Notes: generated from the sequence alone by a model not told the origin. A stretch of 24,354 nucleotides of DNA from Ktedonobacterales bacterium (GCA_027311145.1 DAICZM010000015.1:1-24354); one strand, 5' to 3'. Positions 1 to 7,714 are shown, counted from the first letter of the stretch. Numbers and translations: made by a program.

Positions 1-455
1 TTATTGCAAAGAGCATCATATAGCCTATCAATTTTTTCTTTGCTTCTTGTATCTTTACTATCTAAGTATACGTTATACTTGTAGTTAGGAAAAAATAAAA
101 CTTTTAAAAGATCAAAATACATTTTATAATACCAGGTATCATGATCTTGCTTGAAGTGATCATGGCGCAACTTAGATTTATCGGGAACAATTAATGCGCG
201 GAAATGTAAATCTTGCTCATCAAAAAAGTAATCTATGATATCCAAATAAAATGACAATTTAGCGGATGAAACTTTGGACCATTTTATTTCGAATGAGGGG
301 GGAAGGTTATGACGCAGCTTGATTTCACGGATGTGGGTTGCAATTTCGCGCGTTTTTTCATCAGGACACCAGATTGCCCCTAACACCATGCTTTTTTGAT
401 GATCGTTTTGCAAATGGCAACTTTCATCGCAATAAATGTTAAACACCTCATCCAT
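1..455 (-). CDS. DUF3800-like hypothetical protein. The 3' end runs off the window start. The gene is AT-rich (~30% GC against ~57% for the rest).
   Basis: The minus-strand ORF starts with ATG at 455..453, preceded by AAAGGCAAGAGA as a possible RBS. It reads MDEVFNIYCDESCHLQNDHQKSMVLGAIWCPDEK...YLDSKDTRSKEKIDRLYDALCN and stays open to position 1, which is why it is missing from the ORF track. The N-terminal YxDES followed by a hydrophobic LGAI segment, and the later DSKD motif, match my recollection of Pfam DUF3800. Base composition differs strongly from the flanking DNA. Confidence 0.5.
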   Translation of the reverse strand, partial: MDEVFNIYCDESCHLQNDHQKSMVLGAIWCPDEKTREIATHIREIKLRHNLPPSFEIKWSKVSSAKLSFYLDIIDYFFDEQDLHFRALIVPDKSKLRHDHFKQDHDTWYYKMYFDLLKVLFFPNYKYNVYLDSKDTRSKEKIDRLYDALCN

Positions 456-471
456 TCTCTTGCCTTTCTGC

Positions 472-531
472 AAATCAACATACAATTTTTAGTTATATAA
501 TATGTTTTAGCTAAAAATTGTATGTTGATTT
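472..531. promoter_or_regulatory. Perfect 21-bp inverted repeat (AAATCAACATACAATTTTTAG / CTAAAAATTGTATGTTGATTT) with an 18-nt AT-rich spacer. It lies between the DUF3800-like gene start and the mazG-like stop. It could be an operator or an island-boundary palindrome.
   Basis: Seen directly: left arm 472-492 is the exact reverse complement of right arm 511-531. The arms are too AT-rich and there is no U-tract, so it is not a classic intrinsic terminator. It sits in the 105-bp gap upstream of the AT-rich gene. Confidence 0.4.
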
Positions 532-561
532 TATCACAAACCACTTATTATTTATAGGTCT

Positions 562-2127
562 TTATTCGCGTGTTGCTTCTTTCGCTTGGTTCCATAATTT
601 CTCTAGCTCGTCGGCACTGTACGACGCTAGCGTGCGGCCTTCGGCTTGACTGATCTGCTCCATGGCGATGAAGCGGCGACGAAATTTACGATTGGCATGA
701 CGTAGAGCTTCCTCGGCTTGCACACCATGATGGCGACACAGTACGACCGTTGCCAACAGTAGGTCTCCCAGTTCCTCAAAGCGGTCAGCTTCGGTCGTCG
801 CAGCACGCACCTCCTGTATCTCTTCCAGAACCTTGTCGTAAATGCCTTCGACATCGCGATAGTAAAAGCCGGCTTTCGTGGCTTTCTTGTCGTACTCGTT
901 GGCCACCGTCAGCGCGGGCGAGACCAGCGGCACGCCATCTAACGTGCTTTCTTTCTGCATTGTTTGTCCAGTGGTGATCTTCTCCTGCCGTTTAATCTCT
1001 TCCCAGTTCTGCACCACCTGCTCCGCATTGCTGACCTGGGTTGTGCCAAAGACGTGCGGATGCCGTCGTAGGAGCTTGGCATTGATATGCTCTAAGACAT
1101 CGCCCAGCGTAAATTCGTCTGTCTGGCGGCCAATCTCGGCATGTAAGTAGACCTGGAGCAGTAGATCGCCGAGTTCCTCGGCAAGATGTGCCATGTCACC
1201 TTCCTCAATTGCCTCAACAACCTCATATGCTTCTTCCAAGACATAGCGCGTCAAGGTTTGATGGGTCTGGGCACGGTCCCAGGGACAGCCATCGGGTTCA
1301 CGACGGAGACGCATCGTAATAAAGCGCAACGTTTCGGACAGACGTAGGGGAGACAGGGCATCAACGGGCGGAACATAAAGCGTACTGAGATGGTTAGCAT
1401 AATTGTGGCGATCCAGTTCATAGAGCGGCATCTCGATGACGGCCTCAGTCTCTTCGGCCCCTTCAGCTTGAGTAGTATGATGAACACTGGCGGCACGCAC
1501 CAATTTGACAGGCCATTCATCGGGATAGTACTCGCTTAAGGCGAGCTTGACCGCACTGGCGACACGCCGATTGTAAACTTGCCCAATGAGCAGCGGCATG
1601 GTGGGAATGAGCTTGCCAGCAATCTCGGTGATATCAAGAGCAGCAAGATCGGTTGCGTCGATAATTTGCATGCCCACGCTGAATGGGTCGAGTTGCAGCA
1701 GCGTACAGACAGGCTCCAGAAACGAGAGGCCAGCAACCACACGAGTACTGAGGCCATGCTCACGGGCCAGTTTCAAGATTAGCTGAACGGATGACTCGCC
1801 AATCAGAGGATGGCCGGGAACGGCATAGATCAGAGGATGCTGCGCAGCACGGGCACAGACATCTTCAGCGATGCGCTGGTACAGATTATTCCAATCGCTT
1901 GACTCCTCATACAACCAGTCAAAAGATGCGAAATGCAGATGCGGAATATGTTGTTGCAGTGTTGGAATGGTGGGGTGAATAGTAGTGCGGAAATAGACGG
2001 TTTCGCCACTCTCTGCTGCCTGCATAAGCAACATTTGAGCCTGCACGGTAATATCATCAAGGCTACCTGGACCCAGGCCCAGGAGCGTAATAGCAGCGCG
2101 TGTGACCATGAAAAGTGTTCCTCTCAA
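562..2127 (-). CDS. mazG: YabN-like bifunctional protein: N-terminal tetrapyrrole (corrin/porphyrin) methylase-like domain fused to a C-terminal MazG nucleoside-triphosphate pyrophosphohydrolase domain.
   Basis: 521-aa ORF. The N-terminus LGLGPGSLDDITVQAQMLL...VAGLSFLEP is typical of the SAM-dependent tetrapyrrole methylase fold. The C-terminal half has MazG-type EEAYEVVEAIEEGD...ELGDLLLQV and a second EEIQEV...ELGDLLLATV repeat, giving the two MazG EExxE/ELGD motifs. Confidence 0.85.
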   Translation of the reverse strand: MRGTLFMVTRAAITLLGLGPGSLDDITVQAQMLLMQAAESGETVYFRTTIHPTIPTLQQHIPHLHFASFDWLYEESSDWNNLYQRIAEDVCARAAQHPLIYAVPGHPLIGESSVQLILKLAREHGLSTRVVAGLSFLEPVCTLLQLDPFSVGMQIIDATDLAALDITEIAGKLIPTMPLLIGQVYNRRVASAVKLALSEYYPDEWPVKLVRAASVHHTTQAEGAEETEAVIEMPLYELDRHNYANHLSTLYVPPVDALSPLRLSETLRFITMRLRREPDGCPWDRAQTHQTLTRYVLEEAYEVVEAIEEGDMAHLAEELGDLLLQVYLHAEIGRQTDEFTLGDVLEHINAKLLRRHPHVFGTTQVSNAEQVVQNWEEIKRQEKITTGQTMQKESTLDGVPLVSPALTVANEYDKKATKAGFYYRDVEGIYDKVLEEIQEVRAATTEADRFEELGDLLLATVVLCRHHGVQAEEALRHANRKFRRRFIAMEQISQAEGRTLASYSADELEKLWNQAKEATRE

Positions 2128-2392
2128 CTGTTATACTATTGTAGACAACGCCGTGGATTGCCTGTGCCGATGCGCTCTTCTCAGAAGAGGTATGTTATGT
2201 GGATACACAGCACAAACTCCCTTTAGAGGCTTTCACAAGCTTTCTGTGCAGCCAATACCAACAGAGCATTGTCGAAAATGAGACAACGTGTTATGCTACC
2301 TTTAACAACGAGATAGTCTTAACAAAAGAAGTCTCTACTCGTCATATTCGTTTTATCATATCATCAGTTCGCACTGGTTAAGGAGGTTTTCA

Positions 2393-2920
2393 ATGTCATC
2401 TGTTGAAAGCAAAAAACCACTCTGCCCGGTATGCAACCAGTCAGACCAGGTCATGGCTATGCAGACCGCTTATGATGCAGGGGTGGCTCGCTGTGCGCCG
2501 CCGACTATGCCTACTAGAAATATCTCAATGATGCCATACATCATATTTAGCGTTATACTTGTAGGTATCTGTATCGTGCTTATTTTGGTTCTGATCGGCT
2601 CAGAAAGCAATATCGGGTCTATTGCGGAGTACATTCTGCTCGGTTTGACATTGCTGAGTATCATTACCGCGCTCGTCCTCTCGTATTACGCATTTCAACG
2701 TGTGGTCAAAGGTGATAATGAAGCGACACTGCTCTTTCCGGCGTGGGATAGGGCGACAGCAGTCTGGCGTACCTTATATTACTGTAAGCGCGACGATGCA
2801 GTCTTTGATCCTAAAAATGCCTCCGTACTGACAGCGGCGCAGGTCTCGGCTCTACGCAGCGTAGAAGAGGGGGCCGTACAAACGCTGACTGCCCACGCAC
2901 AGAAGCAATCCGTCTCATAA
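2393..2920 (+). CDS. Hypothetical small membrane protein with an N-terminal CxxC zinc-ribbon-like motif and two predicted TM helices.
   Basis: 175-aa ORF with a strong RBS AAGGAGG 6 nt upstream of the ATG at 2393. The sequence has CPVCNQSDQV...RCAPP followed by hydrophobic stretches IIFSVILVGICIVLILVLIG and ILLGLTLLSIITALVLSYYAF. Confidence 0.7.
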   Translation: MSSVESKKPLCPVCNQSDQVMAMQTAYDAGVARCAPPTMPTRNISMMPYIIFSVILVGICIVLILVLIGSESNIGSIAEYILLGLTLLSIITALVLSYYAFQRVVKGDNEATLLFPAWDRATAVWRTLYYCKRDDAVFDPKNASVLTAAQVSALRSVEEGAVQTLTAHAQKQSVS

Positions 2921-2938
2921 CAAAACAATCCTCTCGCT

Positions 2939-2974
2939 ATTCGTATGGATGCTCTCATCGCATCCATACGAATA
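2939..2974. terminator. Hairpin between convergent genes. It has a perfect 15-bp stem (TATTCGTATGGATGC / GCATCCATACGAATA) and a 7-nt loop, and may act as a bidirectional terminator.
   Basis: Seen directly. The stem is 2939-2952 paired with 2960-2974. It lies in the 62-bp gap between the + gene ending at 2920 and the - gene ending at 2983. There is no strong U-tract, so termination is only plausible. Confidence 0.35.
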
Positions 2975-2982
2975 TAGGCTCT

Positions 2983-4569
2983 TCAACCGCCAGCCATCAT
3001 ATTCTCATCATTAGAGCGGCGAATGTTCCAATCGGGTTTTGTGACATCGCTGTAGGGACTGCTAGCAGCAGAAAGCTGTTCATAACGACTTGCGCGTGCA
3101 TAGAGAGTACGTGCGGCGCGCTCGGCATCAAAGCTCACCAATTTGCTCTTTACGGGGTCCTGCATAATAGCCGTAAATTGATCGGCGATATCGCGAATCG
3201 TCTTAGGGTCTGAGATCAGCCCATCTTGCACCTGTTTGTAAACAGAGACCAGTACTCGTTCCAGGTCTTCATTTTTCAGCGTATCTGGCAACGCAACGGC
3301 GGGTTTGGGCCGACTTGTTGAAGGAGGGGCGGTATCGCCATCAGCAGGACGAGCCGCCATTGCCGGCGGTGTGGATGACGCCCGGGCCTGGGCAGCAATC
3401 TCTTCCATCACAGGTGCATTGTGCGGGGTGAGCAGGATATCATGAATACGCACCCAGTTAAGCTGGACACCCCAAGAGATAGCGCGGTCTTGCACGCCTT
3501 GAAAGAGATAGAGATTGATCTGATCCCAATGCGCCACACTCTCCGGCGAAACATCGTTATCACTCCCCGATGTATGCAGGCCATGCTGCCAGGCAATCAG
3601 ATCATTGGGCGAGACGGTCGTCATCGCGGTCTGAAGGGTGGTCATAAAGAAGTCTTGCAGACTCTCTTCCCAGTGATTCACCAGTGTCACAGCTTGATAT
3701 GCTTCCTCAGGCAACAATTGGTAAGAGATTGTAGCACGTAGCACAACATCCTCGGTACGTGACATTTGAATACGCTGTGGCGGGCATGCCCATTGTGTCT
3801 CGATAACGCTTAATTCGTGAACAGCTTTCTCCCAGGGTAATAGAATGTTAAAGCCAGCATAGAGAGTTCTGCTATATTTACCAAAGGCATAGACGATATC
3901 CACGTAGCCTTCTGGGACAGGTCTGATAGAGAAGCGAAAGAGAGCAATCGAGAGAAGCAGAAGGACAAGAAATAAGAGAAAGCCCTGTAAGAGGCCGAAG
4001 ACGGCAAAAGTCGCCACCAGCAGGAAAAGAAAGAGGGCCGCCACATTGCTAACTGCCCACAAACCCGTGTTCGCTCCCGCATAATAGAGGGCAACGCCTT
4101 GCGCCACCGCAATCAGCACAATAAACAGCACAACGGGCCAGAAGCCAATGGCAGGTAAGCGTGCATGGCCAGTTGCGACCAAAGGCAAAACGATGAGACA
4201 GGTGACCCCACCAAAGAGTAGCGGCACGAGCAAAATAGAAAAATATTGCCAGAGGCGTTCGCTCAGATTTGAGCGAGCGGGTTGGTTAGTCAGGGTAGTT
4301 TCTGTTACAGAGTGATCGGATGGTTGTTGTGCGTCTACTTCAAGCTGGGGCTGGCCTCTGTTGCGGCCCCGGCGCGTTGACATATCGAGAGCTTCTGGTT
4401 CATCCAGCATATCGAGTTGGAGGGCATCCTCATCAAGAGGAACGGATGCGGGATAAGGCATCTGCTGTTCCGGTTGACCTGTTGATAAATTTTGTTGTGA
4501 GGGCTGCTCTCCATTAGTGTGTCGGGAGCCATATGCTTCGGTTCCCGATTTTTGCCCCTCCGACGACAT
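2983..4569 (-). CDS. SPFH/band-7 (stomatin/prohibitin/HflK-like) membrane protein with a long low-complexity N-terminal region.
   Basis: 528 aa. The first ~100 residues are Q/P/E-rich, then come ~4 hydrophobic helices. After that, VPEGYVDIVYAFGKYSRTLYAGFNILLPWEKAV...QRIQMSRTEDVVLRATISYQLLPEEAYQAV...GVQLNWVRIHDILLTP is collinear with the HflK/stomatin SPFH core (PEGxxGVVxRFGK...PGLxxxxPxIDxV). Confidence 0.7.
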   Translation of the reverse strand: MSSEGQKSGTEAYGSRHTNGEQPSQQNLSTGQPEQQMPYPASVPLDEDALQLDMLDEPEALDMSTRRGRNRGQPQLEVDAQQPSDHSVTETTLTNQPARSNLSERLWQYFSILLVPLLFGGVTCLIVLPLVATGHARLPAIGFWPVVLFIVLIAVAQGVALYYAGANTGLWAVSNVAALFLFLLVATFAVFGLLQGFLLFLVLLLLSIALFRFSIRPVPEGYVDIVYAFGKYSRTLYAGFNILLPWEKAVHELSVIETQWACPPQRIQMSRTEDVVLRATISYQLLPEEAYQAVTLVNHWEESLQDFFMTTLQTAMTTVSPNDLIAWQHGLHTSGSDNDVSPESVAHWDQINLYLFQGVQDRAISWGVQLNWVRIHDILLTPHNAPVMEEIAAQARASSTPPAMAARPADGDTAPPSTSRPKPAVALPDTLKNEDLERVLVSVYKQVQDGLISDPKTIRDIADQFTAIMQDPVKSKLVSFDAERAARTLYARASRYEQLSAASSPYSDVTKPDWNIRRSNDENMMAGG

Positions 4570-4610
4570 AGGTCTGGCCCTTTCCTCTTAATATATAAAT
4601 AAAAATATTA

Positions 4611-5576
4611 CTACTCGTGAAGCTTTTTCTGAATGCCACAGCTACTACAGCCGCCGCCTTTTGTGCCACAGCTACTACAGCCGCCACCTTTTGTGCCACA
4701 ACTCCCACTCCCACAGCCACCTTTTGTGCCACAACTACTACAGCCACTTTTAGGCTCCTGTTCTCCAGTATCCACAGGGAACTGAATAGTCGCGCCGCTT
4801 TCAAGCATCACCTCGACAGAATTGCGAGGAACATTGACCGCAACGACTCGGCCTGTACCGCTAGGTGTGGTGAGCATGACGCCAAGCTGCGGCATTTGCT
4901 GTTTTGCCTGAATATAGTTTTCATTCTCATAGGCAAGGCAACAGAGCAGGCGACCACACACGCCAGAAATTTTGCTGGGATTGAGTGGTAAGCCTTGTTC
5001 TTTTGCCATTTTGATAGAAACGACGCCGAACTCGCTGATCCACGAGCTACAACAGAGCGTTTTGCCACATGGTCCGATCCCACCCTGAAGTTTTGCCTGG
5101 TCGCGTGCGCCAATCTGGCGTAATTCAATGCGTGTACGAAAGGTTGCCGCCAAATCGCGCACCAAGACGCGAAAATCCACGCGCTCATCAGCCGTAAAAT
5201 AAAAGGTCACGCGACTACCATCAAAGGCATACTCAGCCTCCACCAGTTTCATAGGCAAGTGGTGAACAGCGATACGCTCTGCGCAAAGGACAAGCGCGTC
5301 TTTCTCTTTACTTTTAAAAGAAAGTAACATGCGCAGATCATCCTCGGTAGCAATACGTAAGACAGGCTTTAGCGGCTCATTCAGCTCATTTTCGGCGATT
5401 TTTTTGTGCGCAATCACCACACGTCCAGCTTCGGTCCCCCGTACCGTCTCTACAACCACATACTGCCCGTTGCTTAGCGTGTATTCCTGTGGATCGAAGT
5501 GATAGATACGTCCGGCGGGACGAAAACGGATACCCGTGATGCTAACTGTTTTCTCGGAACCTATCACCAGTGACAT
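4611..5576 (-). CDS. ricT: RicT/YaaT (PSP1 C-terminal domain protein) with an added C-terminal Cys/Gly-rich repeat tail.
   Basis: 321 aa. The sequence RFRPAGRIYHFDPQ...VVVETVRGTEAGRVV...GSRVTFYFTADERVDFRVLVRDLAATFRTRIELRQIGARDQAKLQGGIGPCGKTLCCSSWISEFGVVSIKMAKEQGLPLNPSKISGVCGRLLCCLAYE is near-collinear with B. subtilis YaaT as I recall it. The C-terminus SGCSSCGTKGGCGSGSCGTKGGGCSSCGTKGGGCSSCG is extra. Confidence 0.9.
   Translation of the reverse strand: MSLVIGSEKTVSITGIRFRPAGRIYHFDPQEYTLSNGQYVVVETVRGTEAGRVVIAHKKIAENELNEPLKPVLRIATEDDLRMLLSFKSKEKDALVLCAERIAVHHLPMKLVEAEYAFDGSRVTFYFTADERVDFRVLVRDLAATFRTRIELRQIGARDQAKLQGGIGPCGKTLCCSSWISEFGVVSIKMAKEQGLPLNPSKISGVCGRLLCCLAYENENYIQAKQQMPQLGVMLTTPSGTGRVVAVNVPRNSVEVMLESGATIQFPVDTGEQEPKSGCSSCGTKGGCGSGSCGTKGGGCSSCGTKGGGCSSCGIQKKLHE
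4631..4751. repeat. Tandem direct repeat of 30/30/33/~28 bp, in frame, inside the ricT 3' end. The unit is TGCCACAGCTACTACAGCCGCCRCCTTTTG and it encodes (CSSCGTKGGG)n.
   Basis: Seen directly. Units are at 4631-4660, 4661-4690, 4691-4723 and 4724-4751, with a few substitutions between them. Confidence 0.8.
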
Positions 5577-5666
5577 GACTGCTCTATCTTTTCCAGCATA
5601 AGTAAGAGACGCAGCAATGGCACTGGAGCTACGAAGCGTAACCGTGTCAGCCGCGTCTCTCCATTT

Positions 5667-6239
5667 TTACATTTCGTTAGCTAACAGGATAGCCTCGGCT
5701 ACCTCGCGCATCGATTTGCGATTATTCATGCTTGCCTTCTGAATCTTACGAAATGCCTCTTGTTCAGTAAGGCCTTGCTTCTCCATTAGTAGCCCTTTAG
5801 CACGTTCGACAATCTTGCGGGTTTCTAACTGGTCGGAAAGGGTGCGAGCCTTTTCTTCCATGGCCCGAAATTCGTTGTAACGTGCAAGCGCAACGACAAT
5901 GGCGGGCGTGACTTCACTCTCGCGCAATGGCTTAACGATATAATTGACAACACCAGCTTCTTTTGCTCGCTCGACGAGCTGCTGATCTCCAAAGGCAGTG
6001 AGCAACAACACTGGTGCAATTTTTTCTTGCGTGAGCGTCTCGGCGGCGACAATGCCGTCCATGTCGGGCATACGAATGTCCATAATAACCAGATCAGGAC
6101 GCAGTTCGCGCGCCAGGTTGACTGCGCTCTGTCCATCTCCAGCCTCACCGATCACCAGATAGCCCTGCTTGGTCAAAATGTCGCGCAGGTCCATACGCTG
6201 AATGGTTTCGTCATCTGCAATTATAACGCGTGTTGGCAT
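5667..6239 (-). CDS. Response regulator with REC receiver and ANTAR RNA-binding antiterminator output domain (AmiR/NasT/EutV class).
   Basis: 190 aa. The N-terminus RVIIADDE...DLVIMDIRMPDMDG...NYIVKP forms a receiver domain with the conserved D/D/K pattern. The C-terminus LETRKIVERAKGLLMEKQGLTEQEAFRKIQKASMNNRKSMREVAEAIL matches the ANTAR signature. The RBS GAGGTGA is present and the ATG is at 6239. Confidence 0.9.
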   Translation of the reverse strand: MPTRVIIADDETIQRMDLRDILTKQGYLVIGEAGDGQSAVNLARELRPDLVIMDIRMPDMDGIVAAETLTQEKIAPVLLLTAFGDQQLVERAKEAGVVNYIVKPLRESEVTPAIVVALARYNEFRAMEEKARTLSDQLETRKIVERAKGLLMEKQGLTEQEAFRKIQKASMNNRKSMREVAEAILLANEM

Positions 6240-6393
6240 AATATCACCTCAAATCCTCTGGTCTCTTTCCACCTACAAGTATAATGCCTCTCTCTTCCCA
6301 CGTATGCCAAGTATACCATACTGTGTAGCATGAGTCGAGAGTATAAATTTGAGGGGGTAAAAGCAGAGCAAAGAGTTACCGACACGTTGCCTG

Positions 6394-7464
6394 TTACGCC
6401 ACCGTCAGCATTTTCTCTTCTTGCAGCAAACGCGCCAACAGATGGGTGTTGCGCACGATATGGCGCAGTTGCTCCGGCGTGATCGATTGGCGACCGTCAC
6501 ACAGCGCGGTAGCAGGGTCTTCGTGCGTTTCAATAATGAGTCCTTCAGCCCCAGCGGCAATGCTTGCGCGTGACATCGTGGGGACCAGTTCACGTTTTCC
6601 TGTGGCATGGCTGGGATCAACAATAATCGGCAGGTGCGTCAACTCATGGAGCAGGGGAACACAGGAGAGGTCTAACACGTTGCGGGTCTGCGGGTCATAA
6701 CTGCGAATACCACGCTCACAAAGCATCACATTTGGATTGCCAGCTGCGACAATATATTCAGCCGCTTGTAGCCATTCATCAATCGTCGCAGAGAGGCCGC
6801 GCTTGAGCATCACAGGGCGTTTCAGGCTATTACGTCCGGCAGCAAGCAAGAGTGGGAAGTTTTGCATGTTGCGGCTGCCAATTTGCAGAATATCAGCATG
6901 TTCGGCGACCGCATCGATGAGGGCCGGCTCCATCACTTCGGTAATCACTGGTAGACCTGTGATCTGGCGCGCCTCCGCCAATAGATGGAGACCTTCCATG
7001 CCAAGTCCCTGGAACTGGTAAGGGGAGGTGCGTGGCTTGAAGGCCCCACCACGCAGAATCTGCGCTCCTGCGCCTTTGACCGCACATGCGGTTGAGAGTA
7101 ACTGCTCTCGGCTTTCGACAGCGCATGGGCCAGCAATAATGACAGGGCTTGCCCCTGTTCCGCCTATGATGACCTGTTCACAGTCATGGCCTTCCCCGAC
7201 GACGATGCGCGTTGACTCGGCTTTGAAGGCTCGACTGACAAGCTGGTAGGGCGTTTTTAGCATTTGCAGGCGTTCTACCGCACCTTCGTGCTTCAGCATA
7301 GCCTGTGCCTGGCTATCAATCTGCTGCTGATCGAGGGCGATAACCTCACGTCCATCTATTTGTGTTGTCGCAATAGGATTTAGGCTACCCATAACCCGAC
7401 ACAACAAGGTCATTAACTGGGCACGTTCTTCGCTGGTTGCATGCTGACGAATGGTGATAATCAT
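6394..7464 (-). CDS. 3-deoxy-D-arabino-heptulosonate-7-phosphate (DAHP) synthase, type I-beta, with an N-terminal ferredoxin-like/ACT-type regulatory domain. It catalyses the first step of the shikimate pathway.
   Basis: The catalytic region VIIAGPCAVESREQLL...KPRTSPYQFQGLG...LPVITEV...LQIGSRNMQNF...KRGLSATIDEWL...IVDPSHATG is the DAHPS/KDO8PS I-beta signature. The first ~75 aa (MIITIRQHATSEERAQLMTLL...) resemble the Thermotoga-type regulatory domain. I trimmed the start from the ORF-track 7539 to the ATG at 7464 because it has the RBS AGAGGA 8 nt upstream. The upstream extension would run through an intrinsic terminator. Confidence 0.85.
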   Translation of the reverse strand: MIITIRQHATSEERAQLMTLLCRVMGSLNPIATTQIDGREVIALDQQQIDSQAQAMLKHEGAVERLQMLKTPYQLVSRAFKAESTRIVVGEGHDCEQVIIGGTGASPVIIAGPCAVESREQLLSTACAVKGAGAQILRGGAFKPRTSPYQFQGLGMEGLHLLAEARQITGLPVITEVMEPALIDAVAEHADILQIGSRNMQNFPLLLAAGRNSLKRPVMLKRGLSATIDEWLQAAEYIVAAGNPNVMLCERGIRSYDPQTRNVLDLSCVPLLHELTHLPIIVDPSHATGKRELVPTMSRASIAAGAEGLIIETHEDPATALCDGRQSITPEQLRHIVRNTHLLARLLQEEKMLTVA

Positions 7465-7494
7465 GATACAAGTCCTCTTTCTTTTGCTAATTTT

Positions 7495-7530
7495 AAGAAA
7501 CAAAAAAGCAGAGGTTTTAATCCTCTGCTT
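7495..7530 (-). terminator. Intrinsic, rho-independent terminator inside the DAHP synthase leader, acting as an attenuator. On the minus strand it reads AAGCAGAGG-AUUAAAA-CCUCUGCUU followed by UUUUUUGUUUCUU.
   Basis: Seen directly. There is a 9-bp stem (plus 7506-7514 paired with 7522-7530) and a 7-nt loop. A U-rich tract follows immediately 3' on the minus strand, with the stem's terminal UU starting a run of six Us. The terminator lies 35 nt upstream of the DAHPS ATG and about 175 nt downstream of a consensus promoter, so it is within the 5' leader. Confidence 0.65.
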
Positions 7531-7575
7531 CCCCGGCATGTTGGTGATGTTTTACACAGCCTAAAAGGCCCACCT

Positions 7576-7653
7576 TCATGCCGGGGGGCTAAACCAATAA
7601 TAAAAGCCAAAGCTGGTATTCGTATTAAGTTGTTTGGCTTTTAGGTTGTGCAT
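7576..7653 (-). CDS. Putative attenuation leader peptide, 25 aa, MHNLKAKQLNTNTSFGFYYWFSPPA. It is rich in Phe, Tyr and Trp codons.
   Basis: Minus-strand ATG at 7653..7651 and TGA at 7578..7576. Codons 15-21 are UUU GGC UUU UAU UAU UGG UUU, spelling F-G-F-Y-Y-W-F. The stop codon is embedded in the 5' arm of a 10-bp GC-rich hairpin (CCCCGGCAUG 7578-7587 pairing with 7531-7540). The terminator follows. The ORF is not in the ORF track because it is under 60 aa. The SD is weak (GAAAGA 17 nt upstream). Confidence 0.55.
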   Translation of the reverse strand: MHNLKAKQLNTNTSFGFYYWFSPPA

Positions 7654-7714
7654 ATCTGTACCGTGTAATTCTTTCTTCTGTCTGTATGAACAGCTTACTT
7701 ACTGTCTCTCTTTG

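Noticed and set aside
2213-2221. Single DnaA-box-like 9-mer TGTGGATAC
   Set aside because: It is an isolated 8/9 match with no cluster of boxes and no adjacent AT-rich unwinding element, so it is not an oriC candidate.
2199-2381. 60-aa ORF upstream of the zinc-ribbon membrane gene
   Set aside because: It has no RBS. It lies in the AT-richer promoter/5' UTR region and ends inside the downstream gene's RBS. It is more likely non-coding leader sequence.
4514-4804. 96-aa minus ORF (KVAVVVVAQKVAV...) overlapping the ricT 3' end
   Set aside because: It is an out-of-frame reading of the tandem repeat. The ricT frame is strongly supported by homology.
5605-5668. Plus-strand terminator-like structure (AGAGACGC...GCGTCTCT + CCATTTTT) between the ANTAR gene and ricT
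   Set aside because: The stem is only 8 bp with a ~40-nt loop. The T-run is on the plus strand, while both flanking genes are on the minus strand. I could not support it as a functional terminator or sRNA.
7465-7539. ORF-track N-terminal extension of the DAHP synthase (MPGKQRIKTSAFLFLKISKRKRTC...)
   Set aside because: The extension would be translated straight through the intrinsic terminator hairpin and U-tract. The internal ATG at 7464 has a proper AGAGGA RBS and begins the recognisable regulatory domain.
7495-7700. T-box riboswitch as the explanation for the DAHPS leader
   Set aside because: I could not find the conserved T-box sequence (AGGGUGGNACCGCG) or a specifier-loop arrangement. 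The closest match is only GAAGGUGGGCC. The aromatic-rich leader peptide explains the structure better.
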